NCBI RefSeq assembly: GCF_001949145.1
Contig: NW_019091358.1
Span: 3,404,535 to 3,468,534 of the forward strand
Source of the DNA: Acanthaster planci
Taxonomy: Eukaryota
Reading direction: 5' to 3'
DNA: 64,000 bases
How positions within the stretch are numbered: the first letter of the stretch is position 1; each line of letters starts with the position of its first letter. Under the pieces are notes generated by a model. The model was given only the letters and a program-made list of their open reading frames with translations. It made no database searches and had not been told where the DNA came from. The translations under genes and the position numbers were made by a program. Positions 51,101 through 64,000 of this stretch are shown piece by piece.

Positions 51101-52957
51101 ACTGTAATCATCAAAGCTCTTGACCCTGTGTGACAAAAAGCTTTGCGGGAATGTAGAATTTTTTCCACTTCCAAGACCAATTATTCAAATTCACCTCCCA
51201 ATTGGTTGCACACTGAGCTCTCTCAGTCTGATAACAGTTCTTACTCAGAGGAAGCTCATGATTACATGCATACGGAGCAGTTTGTTACTCATTTTCCACA
51301 TTTTCAAGCTGGAAGTCTGAACCATTTTAAAGTTGGAAATAGTGGCAGGTCTAGACTTGAAAAGAAAGTTTTCCTTTTCTTCAATGTCTTCTTCAAATTT
51401 GATGTTCATCGAAAGTATAATTCAGCACCCAACTGCAAACTGGTTCCAGTTCAAAAGTTTTCAGGTCAGAAACGTGTTTCTTGTCATGACAGTCAAGCAC
51501 AGCCCTGTGTTGGGTTCCCCTGCTTATGGGAAAATATCCTGGCCAGAGATAATCAAATTTCCCTTACCTGTAAGTGATTGTAAGGTCAGGAAAAGACAGA
51601 GAAAATCAGAGTGGAGAAGATAACTGGACAGTTGAAGTTTTGACAGGATCAGTGCGAAACAAGTTTGTTATGTATTCAGAGTTTTTGTTGTAAGTTAAAC
51701 TTCACTCCCTTAGAGAAGAATCTTCCCAAATCAATAGCGCCATCTCAATACTCTGTCGAGGTCATCATTTAGAGCGAATGGTGGCTGCTCTTTACCTTCC
51801 CAAATCCCACAAAACCCTACAAACTACTCACAGGATTTCAAAGGATCTGACGAGGGTTTCAGGGTGATGGATGAATGATCAATCCAGACAAGGTGCGGGA
51901 AGATTAGAATCAGTTGGTTGGAAACATTGATCATTTTTACTCCAGTAATTTTGTTTAGTAAATCCTTCACTCACATGAAGGTGCCGACATCTGGCTCAGA
52001 TCACCAATAGAAATGCATAAATTTCATGAAAAATTTAGTGATGTCAATCATTTATAAAACAAGCAATTTTGTGCAGCATTCCATTGCGATTGAATCACCG
52101 GAGTGTATCGCATAAAGCAGTTGACATCAACTTAAAATGTTTTCCTCAGCTATTTATCTGCAGGGTCTACATGCCCCGATCACTGACGTTACAGTCATCG
52201 ATAAGCAGACATTATAGCCAGAAAGCTGCACCAGGTCGTAATCTCACCTCAGTATTGCATTTCAGGCTCTGGCTGCTTGTGGGATTGTGAGGGAAAATGA
52301 GCTGATGACCATCTTTTATCTTCATCGCCCTGACATACAAAGGGGAGCTTTTTTAATATCCACACAAGGAGTGACATCTCAGAGTAGTACATGTTAAGGG
52401 GGGGGGACAATTTTCAGATGGTCTTTGATTTCTCCAGAGTGCTACTTAATGTCAGCTTGCCACACCTGGGACCCAACAAAGCCAGCACCAGAGAAAGAGA
52501 AAGGCCAGGGAAAAAGAGGCCCTCATATCATCCACTTGTCAGTTGTAGATTGCAGCAGTTGGGCACCAGTCTACATGCATATCAAGTCTGTTGCAACCAG
52601 ACGGTTGAATATATATTGGATCATGCCAGCAGTAATTAAGCTTGGGTAACTGCAGTCAGTTATTGGGACCGACACAACTTGTACATGTTCCTTGATGAGA
52701 GACTAGTTTGATGCCATTATAAGCATGCACATCAGACCACTTTCAAATGAGTTTTCATGTCACTATTTCTGTTACGTTGTCAGATTTTTATAGTTGGAAT
52801 TTATTCAAAGTAGCAGTGCCTTTGTTAAAAAAAAAAAGAAATAAAAAGGAACCAAAATTGTGTTTTTAGGTCATCTTGTAGAGGTGTTCATGACTCTGTG
52901 AATCTTTGTACCGGTACCTTAAACATTTCCAGCGACCGTAGAAGTAGGGTAGGCCTA

Positions 52958-53080
52958 GGCTGCATCCAAATCTCTTGTCTAGAGCTAGGTCTAGGTCTTC
53001 GCTCCAATGGAAATGCATGGAGACGCGCAGACAATAGACCTAGCCATACGTAGCTCTGGAAGCCCATTTCGGACACGGCC
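52958..53080 (-). mobile_element. Harbinger-like MITE, copy 1
   Basis: TIR GGCTGCATCCAAAT / ATTTCGGACACGGCC; 3-bp TSD CTA/CTA; homologue at 61094-61199. Confidence 0.8.
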
Positions 53081-56000
53081 CTAAGCTGGGAATTTGTATT
53101 GCTCAAAGGACACATATCTCTTCTGAAGAATTGTGCCACTTGAGCTTCTATTTGTCTTTAAGGTTTCTTCAAATGTTGGGGTCCTTGACTGCTTATCAGT
53201 GCTTGCCTAAGTGAAGTCATCTGTCATCAGGGGGCTCTAATCAACTTGGTAACTGGCAGTGATGTGAACAGATACATGTGTTGGCATGAAAAAAATAGAT
53301 GCATTCATGGTGGCATTTAAGTGAGTTACACCCTCCACCGTAGCAAGTCCACCAATTACCGAGCCTCCACCAAATATGTATTGAAGAATGTATTGAAGAT
53401 TGCTGAAATTGATTTCTCCGACAAGGAATGCTCCTTTTTTGTTTACTCCCTGTTTAAAAAGGAGTTGTGGGTGGGGGGATAGGGAGACATGAGAGTGATC
53501 AATGCGGACACGACTTTCAACACAACTTTCAACATGCAAGATACGCTTCCTTCCTGTATGAAATTAAAACATCACCGGGTAAGTAGGGGAGGGGGGAACC
53601 TTTAAGGAAGATCCTGTTTGTCAGCTGGGGGAAGCCGCGACGATAGACTAGGGTTGGGGGTTCCTCGGGCATGGATGTCAAGTTTATGACTGCGAGCTGC
53701 CCACCTGAAAATGGCAGGAGGCACAGAGAGGGAAAATTAGGTGGACCCCTCCCTTCTCCTCTTCCTGGACTTTGTTCCGACTTTCATCCTGTCCTTGAGT
53801 GATCCCTCTCCCACTCAAAGATCCCCATGAATTATGCTCCCCCCCCCAGACAAAAGCCTCCCTTGGACGCACGTAACAGTGTGGCCAACCCATACCGGTA
53901 TGTCCATGTACATGTGCATGTACTGTACATTGACTCAAACATTTGGGTAATTTTTTTTTTTCAGGGTAACTGAAAGATCAGTGGAAGTGACACTTTTTTC
54001 TTTTTTTTTTTTCCTTCTTTTTCTTATGGAAGAACTTGCATGTGGCTCATGGCTCATCAAAAATGAGCATTGATTTTGCCACCAGGAAAGTGGGCAGCAC
54101 AAATTGGCAAAATGCTCCCACTCAACACTCAAGACTTGGACTCGAGAGATGTGACTTGGACTAGGACTCAGTGTTTTGTGACTCGCTGAGAGGCAGTCAT
54201 GTCTTGATCAGGGGAAGGCATGGTTATAGAGTATACATGCCTTTGACTTTGTTATAAGGGCTGATACAGTGGCACATCTTTATAAAGTCCCCTCCCTTCC
54301 CCCACCTTCATTGCCCCAGCGTCAGCCAGAGTAACAACCCTAATTCAATTGCGGTGCCTCCTCGCAATTGACAAGGCACCGTGATCCCAACGATGCAGAG
54401 CCAATTTTTTTTGCTTTTGTTTTTTTTGGTTTTTTTCTCAAGCTGGTCCAGGCGACCATGATGGTCCAGGCAGAAAGCCGTTGGCTGGCCCTCTAAAAGG
54501 GGAAGCAGGTGGCACCCCTGGGGCCTCTTCATCAAGGAAGCTCAGGGAGCCCCAACTGTAGCAGTGAGAGCTCATAAGTTGCACGGCTCATCATCATCTG
54601 TATTACGGGGCAGTGCGGCATGTCTAATTATATTGACGTAAGCCGAGTGTGTATATATTTAAACAGTCTCCCGGAATGGGGTTGAGGGGTTGTTTAAGCC
54701 GTATTCTAATGCAAGACAATGCTGATCATTGAATATGCACTATTATTTGATTGCATGCCTTTTAATGTTGACATACTGTACGTGTACATGTACATCTAGT
54801 CATCATTAAACTGTAGGTGCATATGTACATGTATATGTCCCAACTTTCCAAAATTTGTATCCTTGTGGAGACATGGCTTTGTTCTCCAGTACTAACACGG
54901 TTGTGCGTGAAACGATGTTTTCAAACTGCTCCCATTTCAACATGAATCATTCTCCTGGACTGAAATTTCGACCGAATGACCCTTATATGAAACACTTCAA
55001 TTTGCGATGGATTCTTATACATTAAAAATCTCTCCTTTTTGAGCGATTTCCAAATATCAGTTTCGTGAAATCCTTGAAGAGACCTATTCAACCCACCAGG
55101 CACCGTATTTCAAAACAACCAACCCCATCGGTTTCCTGTGTTATTCAGCATTGACATGTCCACATAATCTTGTTTATTGTTTTGAAGTTCATATGATTCA
55201 AACTTTCAACTACCAGTATATGACAATTTTAAATCACCTTCCCTTTTTTAGTAGGCGATGTGCATTTCACCCATTTGTCTCAATTAATGTGCAAACAGTA
55301 CCATTCCTCACAGCTCCGTATACATGTACCTGCACATTTGCCATCTCATTACCTACAGTATGTACAACAAATATCTTTCATTCTGTTTTTCCATGCTGGA
55401 CTAAACATACTAACATGTTTAGTTTAGATATGACTACATTTTTTTGGAAATGGTCACTATCCTCCAGAGTAATATCTGTTATCAGTACAACACAGTCTCT
55501 AATAAATTTCATTAGTCTGCTGCAGTTTTTTCCCATTCCGATTCATATTAATAGCACAGTTTCCACATGTTCTTTTAGTGCCTGAAAATCAGACAAAATA
55601 CTTAATTCGCTCTCAACAGGTTATTCAAAATTAGATAAATTTACTGTCAAAACAAAATGACAGACGTTCTGTCAAATTGGTAGAAATTCAATCCAGAGTT
55701 TGGAAGTTGCACATGGTACTTTTCAGGATTAGTTCCCGAAATATGCCAGCGCGTGAAATTGCTCTGTTTTTGCTAACAATGAATTTTTGTTTGCCCCCCT
55801 TCTCTCTTTCTCTTGGTGTAGTTTCAGGCGTCAGGCATGGCAGCCAGTCATGCTTGCCCCTGCCATGGCTAGATTCTGCCCAGTTCACCGAGAAATGAAG
55901 GGTGCACTGTGAAGTGTAAGATTGATTTGTCAGTTGGCTCCTCCCCCCACCACCACTCCAACCTCTCTGTCTTGTTGCTCTTCTCCCCTGTACATGTGTC

Positions 56001-59000
56001 TCCAATGGTAATTGATGTCCCAGATGCGGTCTGAGTAAAGACACAGAAATGTCCGGATGACTAGTGAACACATGTACACGAATTGGCTCATTTCTGCATT
56101 CTCAGGAATTGTGTACTGTGCTATTTACATGGACCAAGTTCTATGAGTTAGCTGAAAAAAACTCTCCTTTCACTTTTTTTTGGGGGGGGAGCGTTAGATA
56201 AAAGGGAGGGTTGGGAATGGCGAGCTTGTGGAAAAAGTGGGTTTTTTGTAAGAGTCCCAATGCCAAGAACGAAGTCTGAAGTCATCAGAGCCAGTTTTGA
56301 ACAAACTGTGCACAGTTGGAGATCAGTGGACATTGTCGAGATTTTCACCCATTTAAAGTCCATGCTCATTTCATGAAATCTGGTTACCAAGCCAGTTGTG
56401 TTGTATCATTAGTGACTGTTGATTAACCACTTGCTGCCAGGGTTTCCGGTACCGGACACGTATTCTTTATATGCGTGGCCGGGGTCTCCGAAATCGGACA
56501 AAGGGAACTGGGCCTTGTAATAAAGACGGTACTCGTAACAAAAGACCAGGCTGCTGGGCATTACCAACATTTTTTTCACTCTCAATAGTGGAGATAATCC
56601 AGTCTTGTTTTGAAACAGTATACCATGGTTTGGGGCATTTGGAGTGAGTGGACTACCACCGGGGACAAAAGTGCTCCACCACCGCAGCGATGAGCCACAC
56701 AGTACCGCTGCACGCTAATCTGGCCCCTATTGAAAAGAAGTCAGCAGGGCACTGTGCCAGTTTCGTGAACAAAAGAAAATTATGTAACACCGCAAACTCC
56801 GGGCTCTTTTTACAAGGGGGCAGGCCTGGCAAAATACTCCAGCGTCAATAGATGCTTTCTGTCAGAGTAGAAACCAGACAGTCCTTCATGTGGGTGTCGG
56901 TGTCCAGTAAATGAAGATAAGAATTTTTAAAGAATTTTGAAAACAGAAAAAAATGATAATTATCCCATCCCAGCATCATCAACATTGATAACTGTCACTG
57001 GCGCAAAGTGGTTAAGATATTTATTCCTGGTGAGCTCATCTTGTCATGAACAAAATGGATTAAAGGATTTTGTCACTGGATTAGAAATAATGTATAACAT
57101 ACATGTAGGTACATTTTAAAGAGATTTTTAAACCAAAGTTAAAGCTTTGATATAACCACAGCAGGGCATGAATTAGCCTGTTCTAACAGCTTTAGTCACA
57201 GACATGAAATGAATTTGTATGCACTATATTTTGGGTTCTTTTGTACAAGATGTATCAATTGTAGGGATAGAACCAAAAAATGAATCAGTGCTAACTGATT
57301 TGTGCTCTTTTTCTAGTATAAAATGCACTTCATACCTTATTAAATGATTTTCTACATTCATATCTGAGAATCCAAGTGTCTCAGTGACAGTCCAAACATC
57401 AATATTATTTCAAAGCTGAAGACGTTCGCCCTTTTCCGTGATAAAAACCTCAAGTTTTTTGACGACATGTGAGTCACTGTCACAGAGTGTGCTGCATTGG
57501 TCCAAACAAATGGTCTGTGGTGTCAGCTGTAATTTGCTTCCCACAGTGAAAATCAGTTCTAATGCACATGTTCTCTGAACCTTGTGGACAAGCCCGGCAC
57601 TTATCAGTACGTAAACCTTTCCAAGTCGCCACTTCCCTCTGGGAGAAACAACATCATCGGGAGTCCCTAAGATTGACACCAAATAGTGCATTGCCGATTT
57701 CCTTTTATTTCTCTCCCCCTTCCCCCCCCCCACGGAAAGCCGGCAGATCAGGCCAAATAATCCCTCTCCGTCACCCAGTAACCACACTCCTAATAACAGG
57801 CATAGCAGGTTGTCTGTGCTCATAGGTTGACTAAATGAGTGGGAGGGAGGGGAGGGGGGCTTGTTGAATAACATCCAATGGGCCGTGCCGTTAACCAACG
57901 GAAACAGACTCAACGTGGCGCCGTCCGAAATCCAAGCATTTAGATTTTGGGTTGATGACATTTTGTTTTTGTTTTTTTGCAGACCCACAGTAGTAGCCAA
58001 CACACACACATCAGCAACCTCATTCCATCCTTATTTTCCCTGTCGGCTATGTTTTGATTTTAGGTGGGATCTGCATGCTGTCTTCTTTATTTCCCCTCCC
58101 CCCCACTGAACGATGTGGCCCTTTGTCCCAAATTGCATTGAGCATAAGTGACAGCTTGAAGTGAAGCAATGTGTGGCAAATGCCTGTGCTGTAAGATGAA
58201 CACAGGAGATAAATTTGCACTTAACTGGCTGTGAAGGGCATGCAAGGCATTGCTGGCAGGGAGATTGTGGCAAGGAGGTTAATGTCTACGCATAATATTT
58301 TCGGTAAATTGCCTGTCATATTAGAAACTGGATGAAGATAAGGTTCACCGGCTGGAAGAATGAACATCGAGGAAGACGAAATGAATTTGAGAGAGGGTTT
58401 AGACGGAAAAAAGTCCTAGTGCAGTGCCCTGTGAAAAGAGATTCAGAGATTTTTGGAAGGGGCATACCCGTAATTGTCAAACTGCTGAATCAGTTTTATT
58501 TCTTCATTTCGGCCACTGCCAGTCTGTTATTCCTTAGTTTTCAGTGTCAGTTGTTATAGGGCTAAATTCCAACTACATTTACTCCTGATGAAAAAAAAAA
58601 TTGGAATAGCTTCCTGAGGTACCAGTAGGACTTGATCCTGTGACCTTACTGTGTGCAGTGCAGATTGCATGCGCTTGAGTAAATGAACACAGCAGAAGTG
58701 TCTTTTTTTACCTTAAAATGGTGTTACTGTTTCTGTGAACAGCCATGAGGCAGAGCACTTTGCCTTCCAGTTTTCCCGTCCTGGCAAGTTGAATAGAGTT
58801 AGGGCAGGACCCACAGCCTACCCTTTGTGCAGTCAGCCATGTGGCTGAGGTGCACAGTCACCTGTTATTCGTGAATGCACTAACAAGACATGGCAGGAAG
58901 GAACCCAACCATTACAGCCTTTTACCTCAAAGTCAGGTCATCAGATATCCCCCTCAAAGGAAGTGGACTGTCAAGACACTCTTCCCCTGTCTAAAACTTC

Positions 59001-60474
59001 CCAGATCCTGACATTTTGTTCCTCCCCAGCCATTTATAATGGCACACCTGTCCTTTATTTAATCCCCATTGTCATTTTTTTTTCTTTTGCAAAGATGCAG
59101 GGGGCCTTGTGGTAATTCCCCCCCCCCTTCTTTTTCCCAGACAGGAGTGATATAAACCATCCACAGAATAGTTACACGAGACTGCGCCATAAACCCCTGC
59201 CCCAACTTGACTCCGTTACAATGAGCTTCCTTGTCCTGCCAAGAATTACCCCCAGGCACTCATGATGATGAGGAATTTATTTTCTGCTGCTGTTGTGTGC
59301 TGCCTTGTACCCCACTGGAAAATATTTTGCTACTTTAGAGAATGGAATAGGGAACGGTTTAGAGTTCATGATCTCCGTCTCCAGTGTTGTGTTGGCTAGA
59401 ATTTTTAATTACTTCTCTGTGTGATTTTGTACCAAGACATTAGTAACAGATCTCTTTGTTGCTTGTCAGGGTCATTGTCAAACAGTAATACGAAAAGGTG
59501 AAGAATAGAATGCACTCTCCCCCCCCCAAAAAAAAAGAATTGAAAAAAAAAGGGACCTGAAGAGAAAAAGCAAAAGAATTGGGAAAAAAAGGGATGAAAG
59601 GGTATGAAAATCAACAACTTGCTTTTAAAAAAGGCAGAATGGACCCCCTTCGACTGTTGATGGTTTATCATTTCATTGCTAATGAGTGTCTTGTCCCCCC
59701 TCCTTCCCACTGGGAAATGCCCCCTCCCTTGAAAAAATTGCTCACTCTCCTCCCGGAAAATTTCTTGGTGACGGCCCCGACAGTTATAAAGTGTAATATT
59801 TGCCATGCCTATCACATGTACTTGTAGGTGCCCCTGTGCTAACATACCTAGTGTGGACTATGAACAAAAGAGTCCCACTCTCAGTGCAGGTTGTTCAAAC
59901 CTTACATGTACGTAGATTCATTCTCACATGCACAAAAGACTACCCCCCCCCTTTCTGGAAGCAGTTTTAGCGATGTATATTGGGGTTGGGGTCACCCGCA
60001 ACAAAAGGAAGGGGAACAATCAAGAAATCCAGCCTAAAAGAGTCTTCACCAGATGAGACATAGGCAGAACACTGACAAATTTTCTCTGAGTTTTCCCAAC
60101 TACGGGAAAACAAAGGAACGCCCACACTGGGTGGGTAATGTAAATGTGCACAGTGCACCTCTGCAGACAATGGGCGTTTGGAAAGTCTGTGTACGCTGCT
60201 AAGTATACAAGCAGTTTATTTATTTACTATGAAAACTGAAAGTGTGCCTTACACTTTCAATTTTGTGCACCTCTTGCGTGTATGCACGGGTCTAATGAGT
60301 GTCACCCTTGTGCATTGGAGGCCCCCTTTCACCTTTTTGAAAAGCATTACAGTTGAAATGAGGTCATATTTTCCACAGTTGTCTGGACTGCCCTAGGTTT
60401 CATCAATCACTTTGTCAGGCCAAATAATTTGTGTCTCTGTGGTGGTACTCCGGGAAATAAATGTACTTATATGA

Positions 60475-60901
60475 NNNNNNNNNNNNNNNNNNNNNNNNNN
60501 NNNNNNNNNNNNNNNNNNNNNNNNNNNNNNNNNNNNNNNNNNNNNNNNNNNNNNNNNNNNNNNNNNNNNNNNNNNNNNNNNNNNNNNNNNNNNNNNNNNN
60601 NNNNNNNNNNNNNNNNNNNNNNNNNNNNNNNNNNNNNNNNNNNNNNNNNNNNNNNNNNNNNNNNNNNNNNNNNNNNNNNNNNNNNNNNNNNNNNNNNNNN
60701 NNNNNNNNNNNNNNNNNNNNNNNNNNNNNNNNNNNNNNNNNNNNNNNNNNNNNNNNNNNNNNNNNNNNNNNNNNNNNNNNNNNNNNNNNNNNNNNNNNNN
60801 NNNNNNNNNNNNNNNNNNNNNNNNNNNNNNNNNNNNNNNNNNNNNNNNNNNNNNNNNNNNNNNNNNNNNNNNNNNNNNNNNNNNNNNNNNNNNNNNNNNN
60901 N
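60475..60901. other. Assembly gap (N run)
   Basis: Run of N. Confidence 1.
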
Positions 60902-61093
60902 AATCCTAGAGAGTTTACATGTATGTCCAGTTGAGACTTTTTTTTGACTGAGTTTTGGTAATCCATAGAGTGCCTTTGTTTGTGGGCTTCAGTCAGACGA
61001 CAGCCATTTTGGATAATGTTCCCTAAATTTGCTTATATTTGTTGAACTCTGAAATGGATGGAGCCTGACTATTTTACCGGGAATAAAAGCATA

Positions 61094-61199
61094 GGCCGCG
61101 ACCGAAATGGGGTTCCAGAGCTCCGGCTATTGTCTGCACGTCTCCACATATTTCCGGAGCAAAGACCTACATGTGGACCCAACAGGTTGGGGTGCAGCC
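61094..61199 (+). mobile_element. Harbinger-like MITE, copy 2 (inverted relative to copy 1)
   Basis: GGCCGCGACCGAAATGGGGTTCCAGAGCT...CTATTGTCTGCACGTCTCCA...GGAGCAAAGACCTA matches the reverse complement of 52958-53080; flanks ATA/ACA. Confidence 0.75.
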
Positions 61200-63445
61200 A
61201 CAGCCCCACTGTGTCAAATATTTTTCATTTGGCTGAAAAAAAGTTGACTTTTTTTTTTTTTTATCCATTATTTGGAACGATCCATCGGAGTGCAAGGAGG
61301 ATATTCTACTGCGTTTCCCTATTGATTCAAGATGGCTGACTCATGAATTTCCAAATTAAATCCATTAGGATGGGTTTTTCTGTATTGGACGTTTGCATTT
61401 TTTTTTGACAAGCCCCTTCTTACCCAGGCCTTGAAAAACAAAACTTGTTCTATGTCCCTTCATCTTCTTTTTCTCTAATACATACGTGTACATGAGTACT
61501 CAGAATAGTAAAATACAATGTAAAAAGCCACTTGAGGCATTGCTTGATAGCCATCAGTTTTATGGAAAGGTTTTACGTCTTTGACAGTGTAGTCCCTACA
61601 TGTAGGTCCAAACTCTTTATGTACATGCACATGTACGTTGAAAACCAACCAGATTTCACAATAGGTGGGAAAAATTAGGGGCCTGGTGACTATGTGATCA
61701 TGCACATTAGTCGTTCACTTTGAATTTCTCCTTTGGACGTGAAAATGATGGAGAGAAAATAATGGAGTAAGACTGCCCAGCTTGCGGAGTTTCAAAACAC
61801 CAAAACTATGCCTGTGCCATGATTGTAGCACATGTAACAGTATTGAAATGTTGGTGTGTTCTACATGTACTTTATGTTACAGAAAGTACATGTATAGAAT
61901 ATTTCGGAGCTGTTTCATGGTCATTGGCCCAAAATAACAATTCAGAGAAAGAGAATTCAGATTTTATTGAAACTAAGGCTCACAATGCCCTGCTTTATAG
62001 CGGAGTGGGTGGGGGGGTGGGTTGAGGAAAGTGACTCAATTGAGGCATTAGGTACATGACCGGCCCAGGCTCCACTGTGATCATAACGGCTCTATACAAA
62101 TACAGCGTGGACTTGATTACGCCAGGTTCCTGTGCTAGTGTTGGAGACGGGAAGTGAATGCGATCCAGGAGGTTTGCTGGATTTGATGGCACGATGCCTT
62201 GCCGGGCAATGTCGTCAGTATGTTATCAATTATTGAGTTGTCAACGAGGTGCATGATGGATTGAACACTTATTCACCTGGGGGGGGGGAGACACAAGAGT
62301 ATTAAAGTCTCATGCATTTTGTTTTGCATTCAATTTGGCAGTTCCAGTTTTTGGTTACCTTCGGAAGAATCGAAGATGAACACCCATGCCTAACAAGCAC
62401 AAAACGTAACTGGTTTCAAACATACATGTGCATGAAGATCTGTTCACTTCTAACAACGAAAACCAAGACTTATTAATTAATAACATCTTACATGTTATGA
62501 AACAAATACCATCAACCAGTTTGAACTTCAGCGCCAACAAGTATATAAACACTGCAGTCTTGCACAAGAACTATTCCCAAGTTTGCAGTAAACCATCTAC
62601 AGCTGAATAAAAGCCAGCTTCCTTGTGAACTTGAATACACATGTGCGTGTATGGCCTCAAGTTTTGCAGTTGCGACCGATAAATAAACGCCTCAAGGATA
62701 TACAGGTATGCAGGCTGTATATTACAGATGAGCATTACACAAGTTAATGTGATCAAACAAGATGGTTAGTTATACCCGTTGAAATATTATGGGCAGAGTT
62801 AGTGCACTGATGTGGATAACATCCTCGTTTTCTTCTATAAACAGCTGAATTTTTGTAACACCTAAGTCCCCACAAAATTGAGCTGGCAGACACGACCTCT
62901 CACCCCTGCCAACCTTTTCCCATAAAACTCCCCCGGCTGATAGACACAAAATACCTGATATTTATTCCACTTGCCAGTTTATTTCAGCCGAGTGGGACAT
63001 TATTAATGCCCCATGTCTAGCAGATATTTTGGCGGGACTATAAATTTACGGATACAAAACCCATCCAAAATCTCTGGTATGCTCATAGATTTATCACCCT
63101 TCTATGAGGGAGGGGTGAAATGGATAGAAAGACCTAGTTGAATGCCATTTAAGAAAAAAACAAAATGGCCAATTTGATGGGTAAAGCAGTGAACAGTTTT
63201 GAAATGCTTGGAGCTTGAACAGTGTGACATGTACATGTACATCAAGTTTGATACTGAAGTTCCATTTTGCTTGGTAAATCAACATGAATGGCATCATGAA
63301 ATCATGCACCGACATGATGTTAACCTGGATCTTTCCATAAATTACAAGTATGGTTTCCTTACCTTAACAAACAGTTTAATACAGATTTTCTGTCAGAGAT
63401 ACAGAAATTCTAGGTTTGCAGTTACAGTGGCTATAGCACCCACAC

Positions 63446-63700
63446 GGGTAATTCCAGAAATTAGGGGTCCAAAAGTGTGACATTTTTTTGTCCATGTTAC
63501 ATCTGACCTTTGTCATTTGACATGGAAATATCACTGGAATTGATTTCAAACTATTACTATTTGTGTGGCAGGTGCATGTAATTTGCATTAATTCATCACT
63601 CTTGGAAATTAGAAAATGTGTTCTGAACTTACAAAATCGTACGTCGGATGTGACCTGGACACACACAAAAAAAATGGACCCCTAATTTCTGGAATTACCC
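63446..63700 (-). mobile_element. MITE family 'GGGTAATTCC', copy 3 (inverted)
   Basis: Perfect TIRs; the interior is the reverse complement of copies 1-2; flanks ACAC/ATAC. Confidence 0.9.
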
Positions 63701-64000
63701 ATACGAATGAAAGTGTTTTTTAACTCAAATTTTAAGAGAGTTTAAAGGGCAGGTTTGTTGTGTCATTTATGATTTGGATTTTGTTGGTACTTTGTTTTGT
63801 TTTTGTTCACCCTTTCCCCACATTGGGCTTTTATAACTTGGGTGTAAGTCAGGACTGTGATTTTTATTTACTGTCAGTTTATTTGCCGTCTTCATTCAAA
63901 TATATCAGCAGCATGAACGAGATTGTATTGTACCTCGTGGTCATCCTGGCCTCACCCTCACATGCTTAATTTAACCCTAACACTCCTCAATCCTTCACCT

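Noticed and set aside
51523..51567. GKGNLII peptide resembling ZNF608/609 GNLIIDLD motif
   Set aside because: The match is 5 residues, diverges immediately and hits a stop within 7 codons.
58600..58700. Possible SINE head on the minus strand (GGATCAAGTCC B-box-like)
   Set aside because: Too degenerate; no clear A-box or second copy in the window.

Overview
Eukaryotic, intron-rich invertebrate DNA with three assembly gaps. The repeat and motif landscape suggests an echinoderm or other invertebrate deuterostome (inference). Only one protein-coding gene is firmly supported: a 4-exon PCNA-clamp-associated factor (PCLAF/PAF15/KIAA0101) on the minus strand, join(3436-3400, 2993-2910, 2018-1835, 1240-1057), 162 aa, with an E2F-site promoter. 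The listed single-exon ORFs appear to be noise. The remaining ~57 kb looks like a very long intron or regulatory region. It contains one well-formed orphan plus-strand exon (18474-18531), many enhancer-like CpG-containing patches, and many non-autonomous DNA transposons with readable TIRs and TSDs. The most unusual items are: (i) a TSD-flanked, circularly permuted, partly inverted retro-insertion built around an internal tRNA-like cloverleaf (19655-20238); (ii) evidence from repeat-copy comparison that TACATGTA palindromes are gained in situ; (iii) a PAF15 N-terminus that mimics the histone H3 tail more closely than the human protein does.
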